Shown in pieces: positions 1 through 10,445 of a stretch of DNA of 64,000 bases. The DNA comes from Verrucomicrobiota bacterium (GTDB lineage: Bacteria > Verrucomicrobiota > Verrucomicrobiia > Limisphaerales > AAA164-E04): the NCBI GenBank assembly GCA_047947115.1, contig CP170459.1, positions 320,001 through 384,000 of the forward strand, given 5' to 3'. Both the position numbers and the translations under genes were made by a program. The notes below the pieces were generated by a model. That model was not told the DNA's origin. It worked only from the letters and a program-made list of their open reading frames with translations, and made no database searches. Position 1 is the first letter of the stretch; each line of letters starts with the position of its first letter.

Positions 1-713
1 TCAAAGTCAAGTTGGCCGACATGTTCGAACGCAAGTTCGCCGCGCGCCCGTTGGAAGGATACGGTACGACGGAACTCTCACCGATCGTTTCACTGAACCT
101 GCCCGTCCCTCCCGTCAAGGACAATGATGTTTACACCCATAAAAACGGCACCGTCGGACACCCCATTCCTGGTGTCAGCGCCAAAGTAGTGGATCCCGAG
201 ACACGCGAACTTCTCCCTGGGGATAAAGAAGGAATGCTGCTGATCAAAGGGCCCAACGTCATGACCGGATACCTTGGCCCGCAGGAAAAAACCGACAAAG
301 TACTTCAGGATGGATGGTATGAAACAGGTGACATCGCCAAACTGGACGAAGACGGCTTCATCACCATCACCGGACGCTTGTCCAGATTCAGTAAAATCGG
401 AGGTGAAATGGTGCCTCACGAAGCAGTGGAACAAGTCTTGATGGATGACGGCACAGAACACGCGGAACCCATCGTGGCGGTGACTTCCGTTCCATGTGAA
501 CGAAAAGGGGAAAAACTGGTCGTACTCTTTGCGGAGGGAAAGGGAGACAAGGAGGCCATGCTCCTGAGGCTAAAGGAATCTGACATCCCGAACCTTTGGA
601 AACCTCACGCCCAAAGTTTCCTCCCCATCGAAAAACTCCCCGTTCTCGGAACCGGCAAACTGGATCTGAAAGCCATTCGAACCATGGCTGAAGAATTAGC
701 CAACAAGGTTTGA
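1..713 (+). CDS. AMP-binding enzyme, C-terminal part; resembles acyl-ACP synthetase/2-acyl-GPE acyltransferase (Aas-like); 5'-partial
   Basis: Adenylate-forming motifs EGYGTTE, WYETGD, ITGRLSRFSKIGGEMV, LPVLGTGKLD; frame open to the window edge. Confidence 0.8.
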   Translation, partial: KVKLADMFERKFAARPLEGYGTTELSPIVSLNLPVPPVKDNDVYTHKNGTVGHPIPGVSAKVVDPETRELLPGDKEGMLLIKGPNVMTGYLGPQEKTDKVLQDGWYETGDIAKLDEDGFITITGRLSRFSKIGGEMVPHEAVEQVLMDDGTEHAEPIVAVTSVPCERKGEKLVVLFAEGKGDKEAMLLRLKESDIPNLWKPHAQSFLPIEKLPVLGTGKLDLKAIRTMAEELANKV

Positions 714-783
714 CCTGAAAAAAGGGTCCGGGCATCTCGATACACGTTCAAGCTGACGATCGAAACGATGATGTAAAAGCGTC

Positions 784-2678
784 TCAGGCCAGCAATTCCT
801 TATGGTGAAGCAAGTGGTGCACCCAGTGAAGAAGGTCCTGGGATTTGTGCGGTTTTTCGAGCAAATGAATGGAGGAACACGGCTTCAAGACCTCCAGATC
901 ATGTTCATCGGGATGCCCGCTGACGACCAGAATGGGGAGATCGGGATTCATGTTACGCAGAATGCGGACAAGTGAGATACCGTCCATGTTGGGCATTTTC
1001 AAATCAGTCACCACCACCTTGATCTGGTCCTGGTTCCTGCCATAGACCGAAACCGCATCCACCCCATCCACCGCTTTCAACGTTTTATAACCATTTTGAT
1101 TCAGCAACTTTTGAGTGGTGTCACGCACGGCTCCTTCGTCGTCAACGATCAGAACTGTTTCGCCATGTCCTTGCTGTTCGGATGGGCTGTAAACCGGTTC
1201 GTCCGCCTTTTTCTCGAACACGGCGGGAATAAACACATGGAACCGGGCCCCCTGCCCTTTCTCGCTTTCGCATTGCACGAATCCGTCGAAAGACTTCACA
1301 ATCCCCAGAACATTGGTCAATCCAAGTCCGGCTCCCTTGCCAACCGGCCGAGTGGTGAAGAAGGGTTCGAATATCTTCTCCCGAACCGCTTCATCCATTC
1401 CTTCTCCATTGTCTTCGATGGTGATCTTGATGTAACGTCCCGGGTTCAGGTCTGATGAAGGGTAATGCTCGTCTATGGTGACGTTATTTGTCCGCACATC
1501 AATGCGTCCGCCTTCGGGCATGGCATCACGGGCATTGAGAAGAAGATTCATGAGCATTTGATGAAATTGAATCTGATCCCCTCGAATGACCCATTGTTCC
1601 CGCAGGACGTCGGAACGCACTTCAATTCCCTGAGGGAACGTTTTCTGCGCAATACTGATAACTTCCCTTACAATATGCTTGGGCTGGAACACGATGCTCT
1701 GCCCTTCGGCTCCTTTTCCAAATGCCACCAGCTGCTTGATGATATCAGCTCCTCTCTGGATGCTGGTATCCACAGTCGCCAAAAGGTCCTCCAGCTCTTC
1801 TTTGGGCAGTTCAACGCTCCGCAACAATTCCAAAGCCATTGTAATGGGAGTAAACACGTTGTTCAGATCATGTGCGACACCTGCGGCGAGGGTGCTTAAA
1901 CTCTCAAGTCGTTGGGATCGCACATAGCATTCTTCAAGGGCGCGCTTTTCGGTCACGTCACTGATGATGCCAAGGATGCGCTTTTCCTCACCCGTTTTGC
2001 AGGACAACAAGTTGAACCGAGCTTCAATGGTTTTTGGTTTTCCAGATTTGCACTGAGCGCCCAGTTCACCAAACCATTGCCCTTTTTGAGGAAGCGTCTC
2101 AAACAACTTGTCAATGTCGGGGATCTCCGCAAACGCATATTGATTAATGCGCTGCCCGAGCAGCTCCTGCTCCTCCCATCCGAACATGCGTGTGGCGCCC
2201 GGATTCCAATATTGAACCAATCCTGCCGGATCCAACATGATGATGGCATCGTGCGCGTCGGAAAGAAAGGTCCGGACAGGAAATCCGAGGATCTGGGTTC
2301 GGATGATTGAGGGAGAATTTGAATCACCAAATCAGAGTTCACACCGCTGGTGTCATGATTGAAGTCAATTGCCCTGACCGTGAGCAAAGCATGCCGAACT
2401 GAGACATTGCCACATTGAAACGAAACCGCCAGCGGATGCTGATCGATGTTTTTCAAAGCGGCTTCTTCCAAAAATGCTTTGAGAGGTTTCTCTTCTGAAG
2501 AGGCCGCCAGCGACCCAATGTGACTCTGTTTAATGGTCTCAAGATCCATGCCAAAGAAATCAACTGCAGCATCATTCGCATCCAGACATTTCCCATCGGG
2601 AAGACATCGCAGGGTCGGGACAGGCGCCTTTTTCCACAAAAGTCGCTCGATACCCGATGTATGTTCATCGGTATTCAT
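784..2678 (-). pseudogene. PAS-PAS hybrid histidine kinase/response regulator split by a frameshift near 2260-2331 (pseudogene or sequencing indel)
   Basis: ORF 784-2238 has PAS, HisKA (GVAHDLNN), HATPase (NLLLNARDAM, DNGEG, GLGL) and REC; upstream ORF from 2678 encodes another PAS-like domain; the downstream frame extends 5' as PVRTFLSDAHDAII up to a TGA near 2332. Confidence 0.75.
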
Positions 2679-2715
2679 GCAAATGTTTGATCACTCTGGT
2701 TACTTACAGGCCGCC

Positions 2716-4080
2716 TTACTGGGCGGTGGCAGATTGCGTCACTTGCCCGTACCACACCCCTAGATCGGCCTTCATTCGCTCGAACTTAAGCTCATGATCC
2801 AAAATCAGGTTGTTTTTCTCGGCGATATCTTCATCCAAATGAAACAGTTGAGCTGAACCACTCTTCCGGGAATCCACCCACAACTTCCACGGCCCCTCTC
2901 TCATCGCAAGTTGGGAACCATACGACCAAAACAACTTGCGCATACGATCCGGCAACGATCCCTGAAGAAACGCGGGCTTGAGCGATTGGCCATCCAAAAA
3001 ATGTCCCTCAGGAATCTTCGCACCCGATATCTCAAGAAAAGTCGGCATCACATCCAGACTAATGGACAGGTCGTCGCAGAAACAATTGGGGGGGATCACC
3101 GTCGGCCACCACGCGATGGCGGGCACCCGGTGCCCCCCTTCCCACAGGCTTCCCTTGAAACCTTTCAACTCCCCGTTTTGACCGTTTTTATTGGCCCCGT
3201 TGTCGGAAAGAAAAAAGACCAACGTCTGCCGATCGATCGACAGTGATTTCAACTTTGCCAGAATCCTGCCTATCCCCGTGTCCATTGTTTGCACCATTTC
3301 CCGGTAGGCTCTAGGAATTCTCCCCGTCTCGTAACGGTTGGACACCAGCTCACCTTCAACGCGTATCGGGGGATCTCCAGGCCCCTGGTAGGGATCATGA
3401 GGCGCTTCATATGCCAAGTATAAAAAGAAGGGATCCTGCTGGTGCTGCCCGATGTATTTCAATGCATGGTCTGTGATCAATTGAGTGGAATAGCCGGTTT
3501 CATCTTCCAGCACGTTGTTATTCCACCAGTCAAACACCCCCATTCGATCGATGTGACTATGGTAATCGATGTTGCCGCTTACGTATCCCCGAAAGGTTTC
3601 AAATCCCTGATGGACCGGATTGAATTTTTCCCGATACCCCAAATGCCACTTGCCAAAGATAGCCGTTCGATAGCCGGCTTCACGCAACACCTCGGGAAGT
3701 GTCACCTCAGTATGCTGCAGACCATGATGGCGATTGACGCCAAAAGCGGCGTTGATCACCCCGGGAATGCCGCTGCGCTGTTGGTAACGCCCTGTCATCA
3801 ATCCGGCGCGAGTCGGACTGCATACGGGACCGCTGGAATGAAAATCGGTAAATCGCATTCCTTCAGCCGCCATGCGATCCAGATGGGGTGTTTGATAGGC
3901 CTTGTTTCCATAACAACTCAGATCCCCATAGCCCATGTCGTCGGCCATGATCAAAATAAGATTAGTGGGGACCGCCCGCATCAGGCCGAAAGCCAAAACA
4001 AATGAAACTGAACCAAGCAAAGTAATCTTATGCCTGACACGAGACGTCCCCAAAACGACATTCGAAATGCTGGAAATCAT
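2716..4080 (-). CDS. Arylsulfatase (formylglycine-dependent)
   Basis: ADDMGYGD, CSPTRAGLMTGR signature, GKWHLG, SDNG, GFKGSLWEGGHRVP; start placed at ATG 4080 to avoid overlapping the divergent gene. Confidence 0.92.
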   Translation of the reverse strand: MISSISNVVLGTSRVRHKITLLGSVSFVLAFGLMRAVPTNLILIMADDMGYGDLSCYGNKAYQTPHLDRMAAEGMRFTDFHSSGPVCSPTRAGLMTGRYQQRSGIPGVINAAFGVNRHHGLQHTEVTLPEVLREAGYRTAIFGKWHLGYREKFNPVHQGFETFRGYVSGNIDYHSHIDRMGVFDWWNNNVLEDETGYSTQLITDHALKYIGQHQQDPFFLYLAYEAPHDPYQGPGDPPIRVEGELVSNRYETGRIPRAYREMVQTMDTGIGRILAKLKSLSIDRQTLVFFLSDNGANKNGQNGELKGFKGSLWEGGHRVPAIAWWPTVIPPNCFCDDLSISLDVMPTFLEISGAKIPEGHFLDGQSLKPAFLQGSLPDRMRKLFWSYGSQLAMREGPWKLWVDSRKSGSAQLFHLDEDIAEKNNLILDHELKFERMKADLGVWYGQVTQSATAQ

Positions 4081-4131
4081 GAAATCACATTTAACATTGC
4101 CAACATCCACTGACCAGTAAGAATCATCGGC

Positions 4132-4905
4132 ATGGAAACCAAAGGCAAAGTGGCGATTATCACCGGCTCCAGCAGAGGAGTTGGAAAGGCGGTTGCATTC
4201 CAGCTGGCCGCGCAGGGGTGCTCGGTGGCATTGAATTACCGGCAATCCAAAGTCGAAGCCGAAAACGCAAAAAAAGAACTGGAAGCACTCGGAGGGCGCT
4301 GCCTGTTGGTGCGGGCAGATGTTTCAAAAGAGTCCGAATGCCAGTCTCTCATCAAACAGACGGTTGATCATTTCGGACGTCTGGATATCCTGGTGAACAA
4401 TGCGGCCACGACTGACTTCCTTTCCTTTTCCGACCTGACCCTCCTCACTGACGCACATTGGGATCGCATTCTGCAAACGAATGTCAAAGGTCCCTTTTAT
4501 TGTGCCAGAGCAGCACAACCCTGGCTGGAAGCAGCGGAGCATGGCGGGGAAATGGTCAACATCACCAGCATTGCCGGAATCATCGGCAACGGAAGTTCCC
4601 TGGCCTATTGCGCCTCCAAGGCTGCTCTGATCAACATGACCATCTCTCTCGCCCGCATCCTGGCTCCAAAGGTCCGGGTTAATTCAGTGGCACCCGGTTT
4701 TATCGCGGATGATTGGACACAAAAAGGTTTGAAAGAAAACTATGAACCAGCAAAAGCCGGGCACGAATCCAAAGCCGTGCTGGGGAAAGTCTGTTCTCCC
4801 GAAGACGTGGCCGCTGCTGTAGTTTCACTGATCACCGGCTCCGATCTGGTCACAGGACAGACCATCGTTTGCGATGGTGGTGCGACCATCGGACCACGCG
4901 CCTGA
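4132..4905 (+). CDS. Short-chain dehydrogenase/reductase
   Basis: TGSSRGVG, NNA, YCASK motifs. Confidence 0.92.
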   Translation: METKGKVAIITGSSRGVGKAVAFQLAAQGCSVALNYRQSKVEAENAKKELEALGGRCLLVRADVSKESECQSLIKQTVDHFGRLDILVNNAATTDFLSFSDLTLLTDAHWDRILQTNVKGPFYCARAAQPWLEAAEHGGEMVNITSIAGIIGNGSSLAYCASKAALINMTISLARILAPKVRVNSVAPGFIADDWTQKGLKENYEPAKAGHESKAVLGKVCSPEDVAAAVVSLITGSDLVTGQTIVCDGGATIGPRA

Positions 4906-4982
4906 CGGATTTGAATGAGCATCGTGCGTCATCCCCTTTCAACAGGCCAACCAACAGGAAACCGAAACAGGAACATACTACC

Positions 4983-6038
4983 GTGACCGACGACCATACA
5001 GTTTACAACGTGAATCGGGATTACGAATGGAATTATCACCACGTGCCATGTGCCGAAGTTCACGGCAATCCAGATATCGCGCCAATCCCCGGAAACTGGA
5101 CTTATGCCGGGTTACCCGTCGCTTCACCTCTGGCCATGTCGGCAGGCCCCTTGTTAAACAGTCGATGGATCGCCTACTATGCGAAGCTTGGCTTCGATGT
5201 TTTGACATACAAAACCGTACGCCGCTGCAAAAGGGACAGCTACCCCTCACCCAATCTGGTTCCCGTTGCCACAGGCGAGTTGAAACAGGCCCATACGGAA
5301 ATCGAGTGCTCAGGTCACATGGATCACTCGTGGGCCGTATCCTTTGGAATGCCATCCAGAGAGCCCCTCGTCTGGCAAGAGGACGTCACCAGAGCAAGGG
5401 AAAGCCTCCGGTCCGGACAACTGCTTTCCGTATCGGTCGTTGCCACACCGGAACCATCGGACAATCTGCATGATATTGCCGAAGACTATGCGAGCTGTGC
5501 AAAGGGCGCATTTGCAAGTGGTGCCGACGTGGTTGAAGTCAATTTTTCCTGCCCGAATGTGGCAACGAGAGACGGAATGCTGTACGCGCAACCGGAAGCG
5601 TCTTTGGAGATTCTGAAACGCGTCAGGGACTCCATCCAGGATCGTCCCTTGCTGGTCAAACTAGGTTACATTTCCAAACCAGAACTGGCCCGTCATTGGG
5701 TTGAGTTGGCCGAAGGATGGGCGCAGGCACTGGTGATGGTGAATTGCATCGGAACCAAGGTGAAAACCCGTGAGGGCGATCCTTTGTTTGACGGAGAACC
5801 ACGGGGCATTGCCGGTCAGGCCATCTGTTCGGCAGTGAAGGATCAAGTGCGGTTGTTCCGATCCATCATCAAGGAGAGAACATCTTCCCTCCGAATCATC
5901 GCAGTCGGGGGGATTTCGTCGCTTCAAGATGTTCATGACCATCTGGAAACGGGAGCGGAAGCCGTCCAGATCGCAACCGCAGCCATGCTGGACCCCCTGT
6001 GGGCGATCAGGGTAAGAAGGGAATGGAACCAACCATGA
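4983..6038 (+). CDS. Dihydroorotate dehydrogenase-like FMN enzyme
   Basis: TYKTV, EVNFSCPN, LVKL, IIAVGGI, GAEAVQIATA; GTG start at 4983 inferred. Confidence 0.75.
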   Translation: MTDDHTVYNVNRDYEWNYHHVPCAEVHGNPDIAPIPGNWTYAGLPVASPLAMSAGPLLNSRWIAYYAKLGFDVLTYKTVRRCKRDSYPSPNLVPVATGELKQAHTEIECSGHMDHSWAVSFGMPSREPLVWQEDVTRARESLRSGQLLSVSVVATPEPSDNLHDIAEDYASCAKGAFASGADVVEVNFSCPNVATRDGMLYAQPEASLEILKRVRDSIQDRPLLVKLGYISKPELARHWVELAEGWAQALVMVNCIGTKVKTREGDPLFDGEPRGIAGQAICSAVKDQVRLFRSIIKERTSSLRIIAVGGISSLQDVHDHLETGAEAVQIATAAMLDPLWAIRVRREWNQP

Positions 6039-6156
6039 CAAAACTGTCATGTGACTCTCGGTTGCAAATTGAGGCAACTCGGGCTATGTCTATCAGAGAG
6101 AGAACCATTCCGGATGTGTCGGAATGACGAAATTGAGTTAACAAGATATCACACAT

Positions 6157-6843
6157 ATGTTTTGGATAGTTTTCATTTCAACCATGCTCATTGGTTTATG
6201 GGCACAAGCGAAAGTAAAATCGGCTTTTGCCAAATACAGTGGGGTTCGCGCGCACAACGGATATTCCGGGGGACAGGTGGCCGCCAGCATTTTACGTTCT
6301 GCCGGCATTCATGATGTCGAAATTCGAACCCAGCCAGGAACTCTGAATGATCATTATGATCCGATTCACAAACGACTGGTTTTGTCGGACGAGAATTATC
6401 ACGGCAACTCCATCTCAGCCATCGCAGTCGCAGCTCACGAATGCGGACACGCATTACAGCATCAACAAGCATACGCCCCATTGAAATTCCGCATGGCATC
6501 GGTCGGCATCACTTCGGTCGCCAACGGCATACTTACATGGCTGATGATCATCGGGTTGTTTTTGGGACTGATCCCCATGGCCTTTGCATTTAAGTTGATT
6601 GCCATCTGTTTTGGCGTGATCATGGCCTTCAACCTGATCACTCTCCCGGTGGAATTTGACGCCTCTCGACGGGCAAAACTGGTTTTGAGCCAGATGGGAT
6701 TTACAGCAACCACCACCGAAGACGAGGGGGTTTCCAAGGTTTTGAATGCCGCTGCTCTGACTTACGTGGCCGCATTCATCACGTCGCTTGCATGGTTTCT
6801 TTATTACATTCTCCCGTTTATCACGGGTGGAAGCGACGATTAA
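6157..6843 (+). CDS. Membrane neutral zinc metallopeptidase (YugP-like)
   Basis: DHYDP, AAHECGHA, TLPVEFDASRRA, AAALTYVAA motifs and TM helices. Confidence 0.9.
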   Translation: MFWIVFISTMLIGLWAQAKVKSAFAKYSGVRAHNGYSGGQVAASILRSAGIHDVEIRTQPGTLNDHYDPIHKRLVLSDENYHGNSISAIAVAAHECGHALQHQQAYAPLKFRMASVGITSVANGILTWLMIIGLFLGLIPMAFAFKLIAICFGVIMAFNLITLPVEFDASRRAKLVLSQMGFTATTTEDEGVSKVLNAAALTYVAAFITSLAWFLYYILPFITGGSDD

Positions 6844-6879
6844 TGAAATCTCATCCCCCATTCGCCCCCCATCAAGCTC

Positions 6880-7989
6880 ATGCCCTGGTCGGTTAAAATT
6901 GCCCGAATCGCAGGGGTGAATGTTTATTTGCACTTCACATTTCTCCTACTGATGCTGCTGGTGGCGCTGGCGGAAGGTGGCACCGCACCCACTTTCTTCG
7001 AAGCCGCGGTGGGCATCCTGTTTTTCGTCTGCTTGTTCACCTGCGTATTGGCACATGAATTCGGGCACATCCTGATGGCACGTCGTTTCGGGGTTGGAAC
7101 CCGAGACGTCACCTTGCTCCCGATTGGAGGCGTGGCGCGTTTGGAAAAAATGCCGGATCGACCCCGGGATGAATTCTGGGTGGCCCTGGCAGGCCCGGCG
7201 GTAAACGTGGTCATTGCGGGGGTGCTGTTGGTCGGAGTGCTTATTTTCGGCGGAGGTTGGTCCGGTCTGGTGTGGGACCTCGAGGAGGCGGGATTTGTGG
7301 AAAGCCTGATCCTTATCAACACCGCCATGATCCTGTTTAATCTGCTCCCGGCGTTTCCCATGGATGGCGGAAGGGTGCTGAGAGCCGTGCTGGCGTCGCG
7401 GATGGATTTTGTGCGGGCCACAAAAATCGCGGCAAGGCTGGGGCGCGTGATGGCGGTCCTGTTTGTCGTCGTTGGCGTTTTCTGGTTGAAGAATCCTTTT
7501 CTGTTTTTTATCGCCCTTGTGGTCTGGTTTGGGGCTGGACAAGAAGCGAATTATGCCATTCTCAAATCCCAGTTGAAAGGCATCACCGTCAAACAAGCGA
7601 TGATTACCGAATTTCACCAGGCAACCCCCGAAGATTCGCTTGGGAAAATTGCGGAATGGGTTCTGGCCGGGACCCAAACAGATTACCCGATCGTGAATGA
7701 CTCCGGGCAAGTCATCGGCATACTTGGAACCAACGAATTGTTCGAAGCCCTCAAACGTCACGATCTGTGGACGTCAGTTCGTGATGTGATGAAGAGGGAC
7801 TTTGTCACATTGGAATCCTCGTTCCTATTGGAGCCCGCACTGAATCTCTACCAACGCTATCCCCACAACATGATCCCGGTGGTGGAGAATGGGGTGTTGA
7901 CCGGCATGTTGACCATGGACAACGTAGCGGAACTGATCAAGATTCGACAGGCTTTGAACCGTCGCCTGGCCTACGCAAAGCTTCGTTAA
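6880..7989 (+). CDS. Site-2 protease (M50) with C-terminal CBS pair
   Basis: HEFGH, NLLPAFPMDGGR, multiple TMs, CBS-like C-terminus. Confidence 0.92.
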   Translation: MPWSVKIARIAGVNVYLHFTFLLLMLLVALAEGGTAPTFFEAAVGILFFVCLFTCVLAHEFGHILMARRFGVGTRDVTLLPIGGVARLEKMPDRPRDEFWVALAGPAVNVVIAGVLLVGVLIFGGGWSGLVWDLEEAGFVESLILINTAMILFNLLPAFPMDGGRVLRAVLASRMDFVRATKIAARLGRVMAVLFVVVGVFWLKNPFLFFIALVVWFGAGQEANYAILKSQLKGITVKQAMITEFHQATPEDSLGKIAEWVLAGTQTDYPIVNDSGQVIGILGTNELFEALKRHDLWTSVRDVMKRDFVTLESSFLLEPALNLYQRYPHNMIPVVENGVLTGMLTMDNVAELIKIRQALNRRLAYAKLR

Positions 7990-8032
7990 TTTCCCGTTGC
8001 CATTCATGGAGTGAATTCGGCAGTATTTCGCT

Positions 8033-9214
8033 GTGAGCAAAAAGAAACGTAAAGAGTGTCCCTTATCGATTTTTCCACGCCTCAATCCGACAGGCATAAG
8101 AAAAAACATGCGGGCGGCGGACCTGATTGACGAAGCCTTCCTCGCATACAACGGAGGCCGCTTGCGCGAAGCCGCACGCTTGCTGACGGAACGCATGTTA
8201 CCGAAAGACGGGTTTATCGGGATGAGCCTGACCGGAGCTTTGACGCCTGCCGGTCTGGGCAAGTCCTGTTTGATACCTTGGATGAAGGCGGGGTTTGTGG
8301 ACTGGATTGTTTCCACCGGTGCCAACCTGTATCATGACCTGCATTACGGGTTGGATCTTTCCCTGCATCAGGGATCCCCGTTTCTGGATGATGTGGAGTT
8401 GCACCGCAGCGGGGTCATTCGCATTTACGATGTGATCTTCGATTACAACGTGCTGCTGGACACGGACGCATTTGTGCGCAGCGTGGTTCAGGGCCCCGAG
8501 TTCCAGCGTCCCTTGGGGACCGATGAGTTCCACTACCTGCTGGGCAAGTATGTGGATGCCCGAGCCAAGGCTTTGAATTTGAAAGACACTTCAGTCCTGG
8601 CGACCGCCTATCGCTACGGCATACCCATCTTCACAAGCAGCCCAGGGGACAGCTCCATCGGGATGAACGTGGCCGCGATGTCCCTGAGGGATCATCAAAT
8701 GAGTTTTGACATCAACCGGGACGTCAACCAGACAGCCGCCATCGTTTACGAAGCCAAGTCCAGCGGCCACACATCATCCGTATTTATTCTGGGAGGAGGT
8801 TCACCGAAAAATTTCATGCTTCAAACCGAGCCCCAGATCCAGGAAGTCATGGGGATCCAGGAAAAAGGTCACGATTACTTCCTTCAATGCACGGACGCAA
8901 GACCCGACACAGGGGGGCTGAGCGGCGCCACGCCGGCCGAGGCGGTCAGCTGGGGAAAAGTGGATCCGGAAACCCTGCCCGATTGCGTGGTTGCGTATGT
9001 GGACTCGACGGTTTCCCTCCCTTTGCTGACGGCCTACTGTCTATCAAGAAGTCCCAAACGAAAACACAAGCGGCTTTACGACCGCCGGGATGAACTCATG
9101 GACAAAATTCGGGAAGCATACCTGAATGTCGGCACAGTTTCCAAAATCACCACCAGCCGCAAGGTGGCCAAACGTTCTTCCAGCGTGGGACTCAAGAAAA
9201 AGCAGAAATCATGA
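8033..9214 (+). CDS. Deoxyhypusine synthase-like protein (homospermidine synthesis, SpeY-like)
   Basis: [41 protein letters not shown]. Confidence 0.85.
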   Translation: MSKKKRKECPLSIFPRLNPTGIRKNMRAADLIDEAFLAYNGGRLREAARLLTERMLPKDGFIGMSLTGALTPAGLGKSCLIPWMKAGFVDWIVSTGANLYHDLHYGLDLSLHQGSPFLDDVELHRSGVIRIYDVIFDYNVLLDTDAFVRSVVQGPEFQRPLGTDEFHYLLGKYVDARAKALNLKDTSVLATAYRYGIPIFTSSPGDSSIGMNVAAMSLRDHQMSFDINRDVNQTAAIVYEAKSSGHTSSVFILGGGSPKNFMLQTEPQIQEVMGIQEKGHDYFLQCTDARPDTGGLSGATPAEAVSWGKVDPETLPDCVVAYVDSTVSLPLLTAYCLSRSPKRKHKRLYDRRDELMDKIREAYLNVGTVSKITTSRKVAKRSSSVGLKKKQKS

Positions 9215-9960
9215 GAGGGTTGCTATGTCTCCTGATCGGCATGGGTGTCACCTTGTCCACATTCGGACAGGAAGCTCCTGTTTTACGATTACTGACCTAC
9301 AACATCCACCACGCCGAGGGTTTGGATGGCAAGGTGGACTATGATCGCATTGCCCGGGTTATTCGGGAAACCAAGGCAGATCTCGTCGCACTCCAGGAAG
9401 TCGACATCCACACTCAGCGTACCGACAGGGTGGATCAAGCCAGAACGATTGCTTCCAAACTGGGAATGCATCAAGTGTTCGGCAGGGCGATTCACTTTCA
9501 GGGCGGTCAATATGGTCTGGCAGTGCTGAGTCGCTGGCCCATTCTCACCCACAAGGTGCATGCTCTTCCTTACCGCATCAACCAGGAGCCGAGAATTGCA
9601 CTGGAAACGCACATCAGACCCGACGAAGGAATTCCCGAACTTTGCTTCATTGACACCCATCTCTGTCACCTCAGTGAAACCACTCGATCAGAACAGGTCC
9701 AGCGACTACTGCAAATCGTTCCAAAAAACGGGCCTGCTGAAGTAATACTTGCCGGAGATTTCAACGCACGTCCGGACAGCTCACCTATGGAGAGGTTATG
9801 GGGCGAAGGCTGGCGGGATTTGTTGGGCGAACATCATGGCATTGATTACCTGTTGGCCCCCGGAGCTTCGCATTGGGAAGTAAGGTCGGCCCGCATCGTG
9901 GACGCGCCTGTGGCCTCGGATCACATGCCTGTTTTCGTTGAACTTGAATGGAAGCAATAA
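9211..9960 (+). CDS. Secreted endonuclease/exonuclease/phosphatase family protein
   Basis: Signal peptide, TYNIHH, LQEVD, AGDFN, IDY, SDHMP; ATGA overlap with upstream gene. Confidence 0.9.
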   Translation: MRGLLCLLIGMGVTLSTFGQEAPVLRLLTYNIHHAEGLDGKVDYDRIARVIRETKADLVALQEVDIHTQRTDRVDQARTIASKLGMHQVFGRAIHFQGGQYGLAVLSRWPILTHKVHALPYRINQEPRIALETHIRPDEGIPELCFIDTHLCHLSETTRSEQVQRLLQIVPKNGPAEVILAGDFNARPDSSPMERLWGEGWRDLLGEHHGIDYLLAPGASHWEVRSARIVDAPVASDHMPVFVELEWKQ

Positions 9961-9994
9961 AAATCCGGGCTTCCACAGAGGGAAACCCGGATTT
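9961..9994. terminator. Intrinsic terminator-like hairpin
   Basis: aaatccgggcttcc-acagag-ggaaacccggattt right after the stop codon. Confidence 0.7.
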
Positions 9995-10445
9995 ATTGGG
10001 GTGGGGTAATTTTTATTCCAAGGATTGATCTGGTGAAAAATCGCTGGCGTGGTTTCGTCGCCATTTCATGTGTTCACCAAGCCATGAACTTGGGTGCGAG
10101 GAGAACAACAGTTTAATCTGAATAAGCTCTCCTCGTAACAAGGTGTTAAGCTTATAACATGCCAACCAGCTCCATATCGTCGCTAAAGATTGAAGACGAA
10201 AAGAAACAAAAACAGCCGCCACGCCAACACATTCCCCCAATCAATTAACCTTCTTAAAGTTAGAAAAACCATAAGCAAATCCACCATCAGGTGCGAAACC
10301 CTGTAAGGAAAGTTTGAATGAAAAAGAGTAAACAAACCAACGTGTGGCAGATGACAAGGATTACTCGGATTTATTCGGATTTACAAGGAAGGTCATGCGA
10401 ATAATTTCGTATATTCTAACACCTTTGGATTCAAAAGCACGCTCC

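Noticed and set aside
10013..10240. 75-aa minus-strand ORF
   Set aside because: TTG start, no motif, atypical composition
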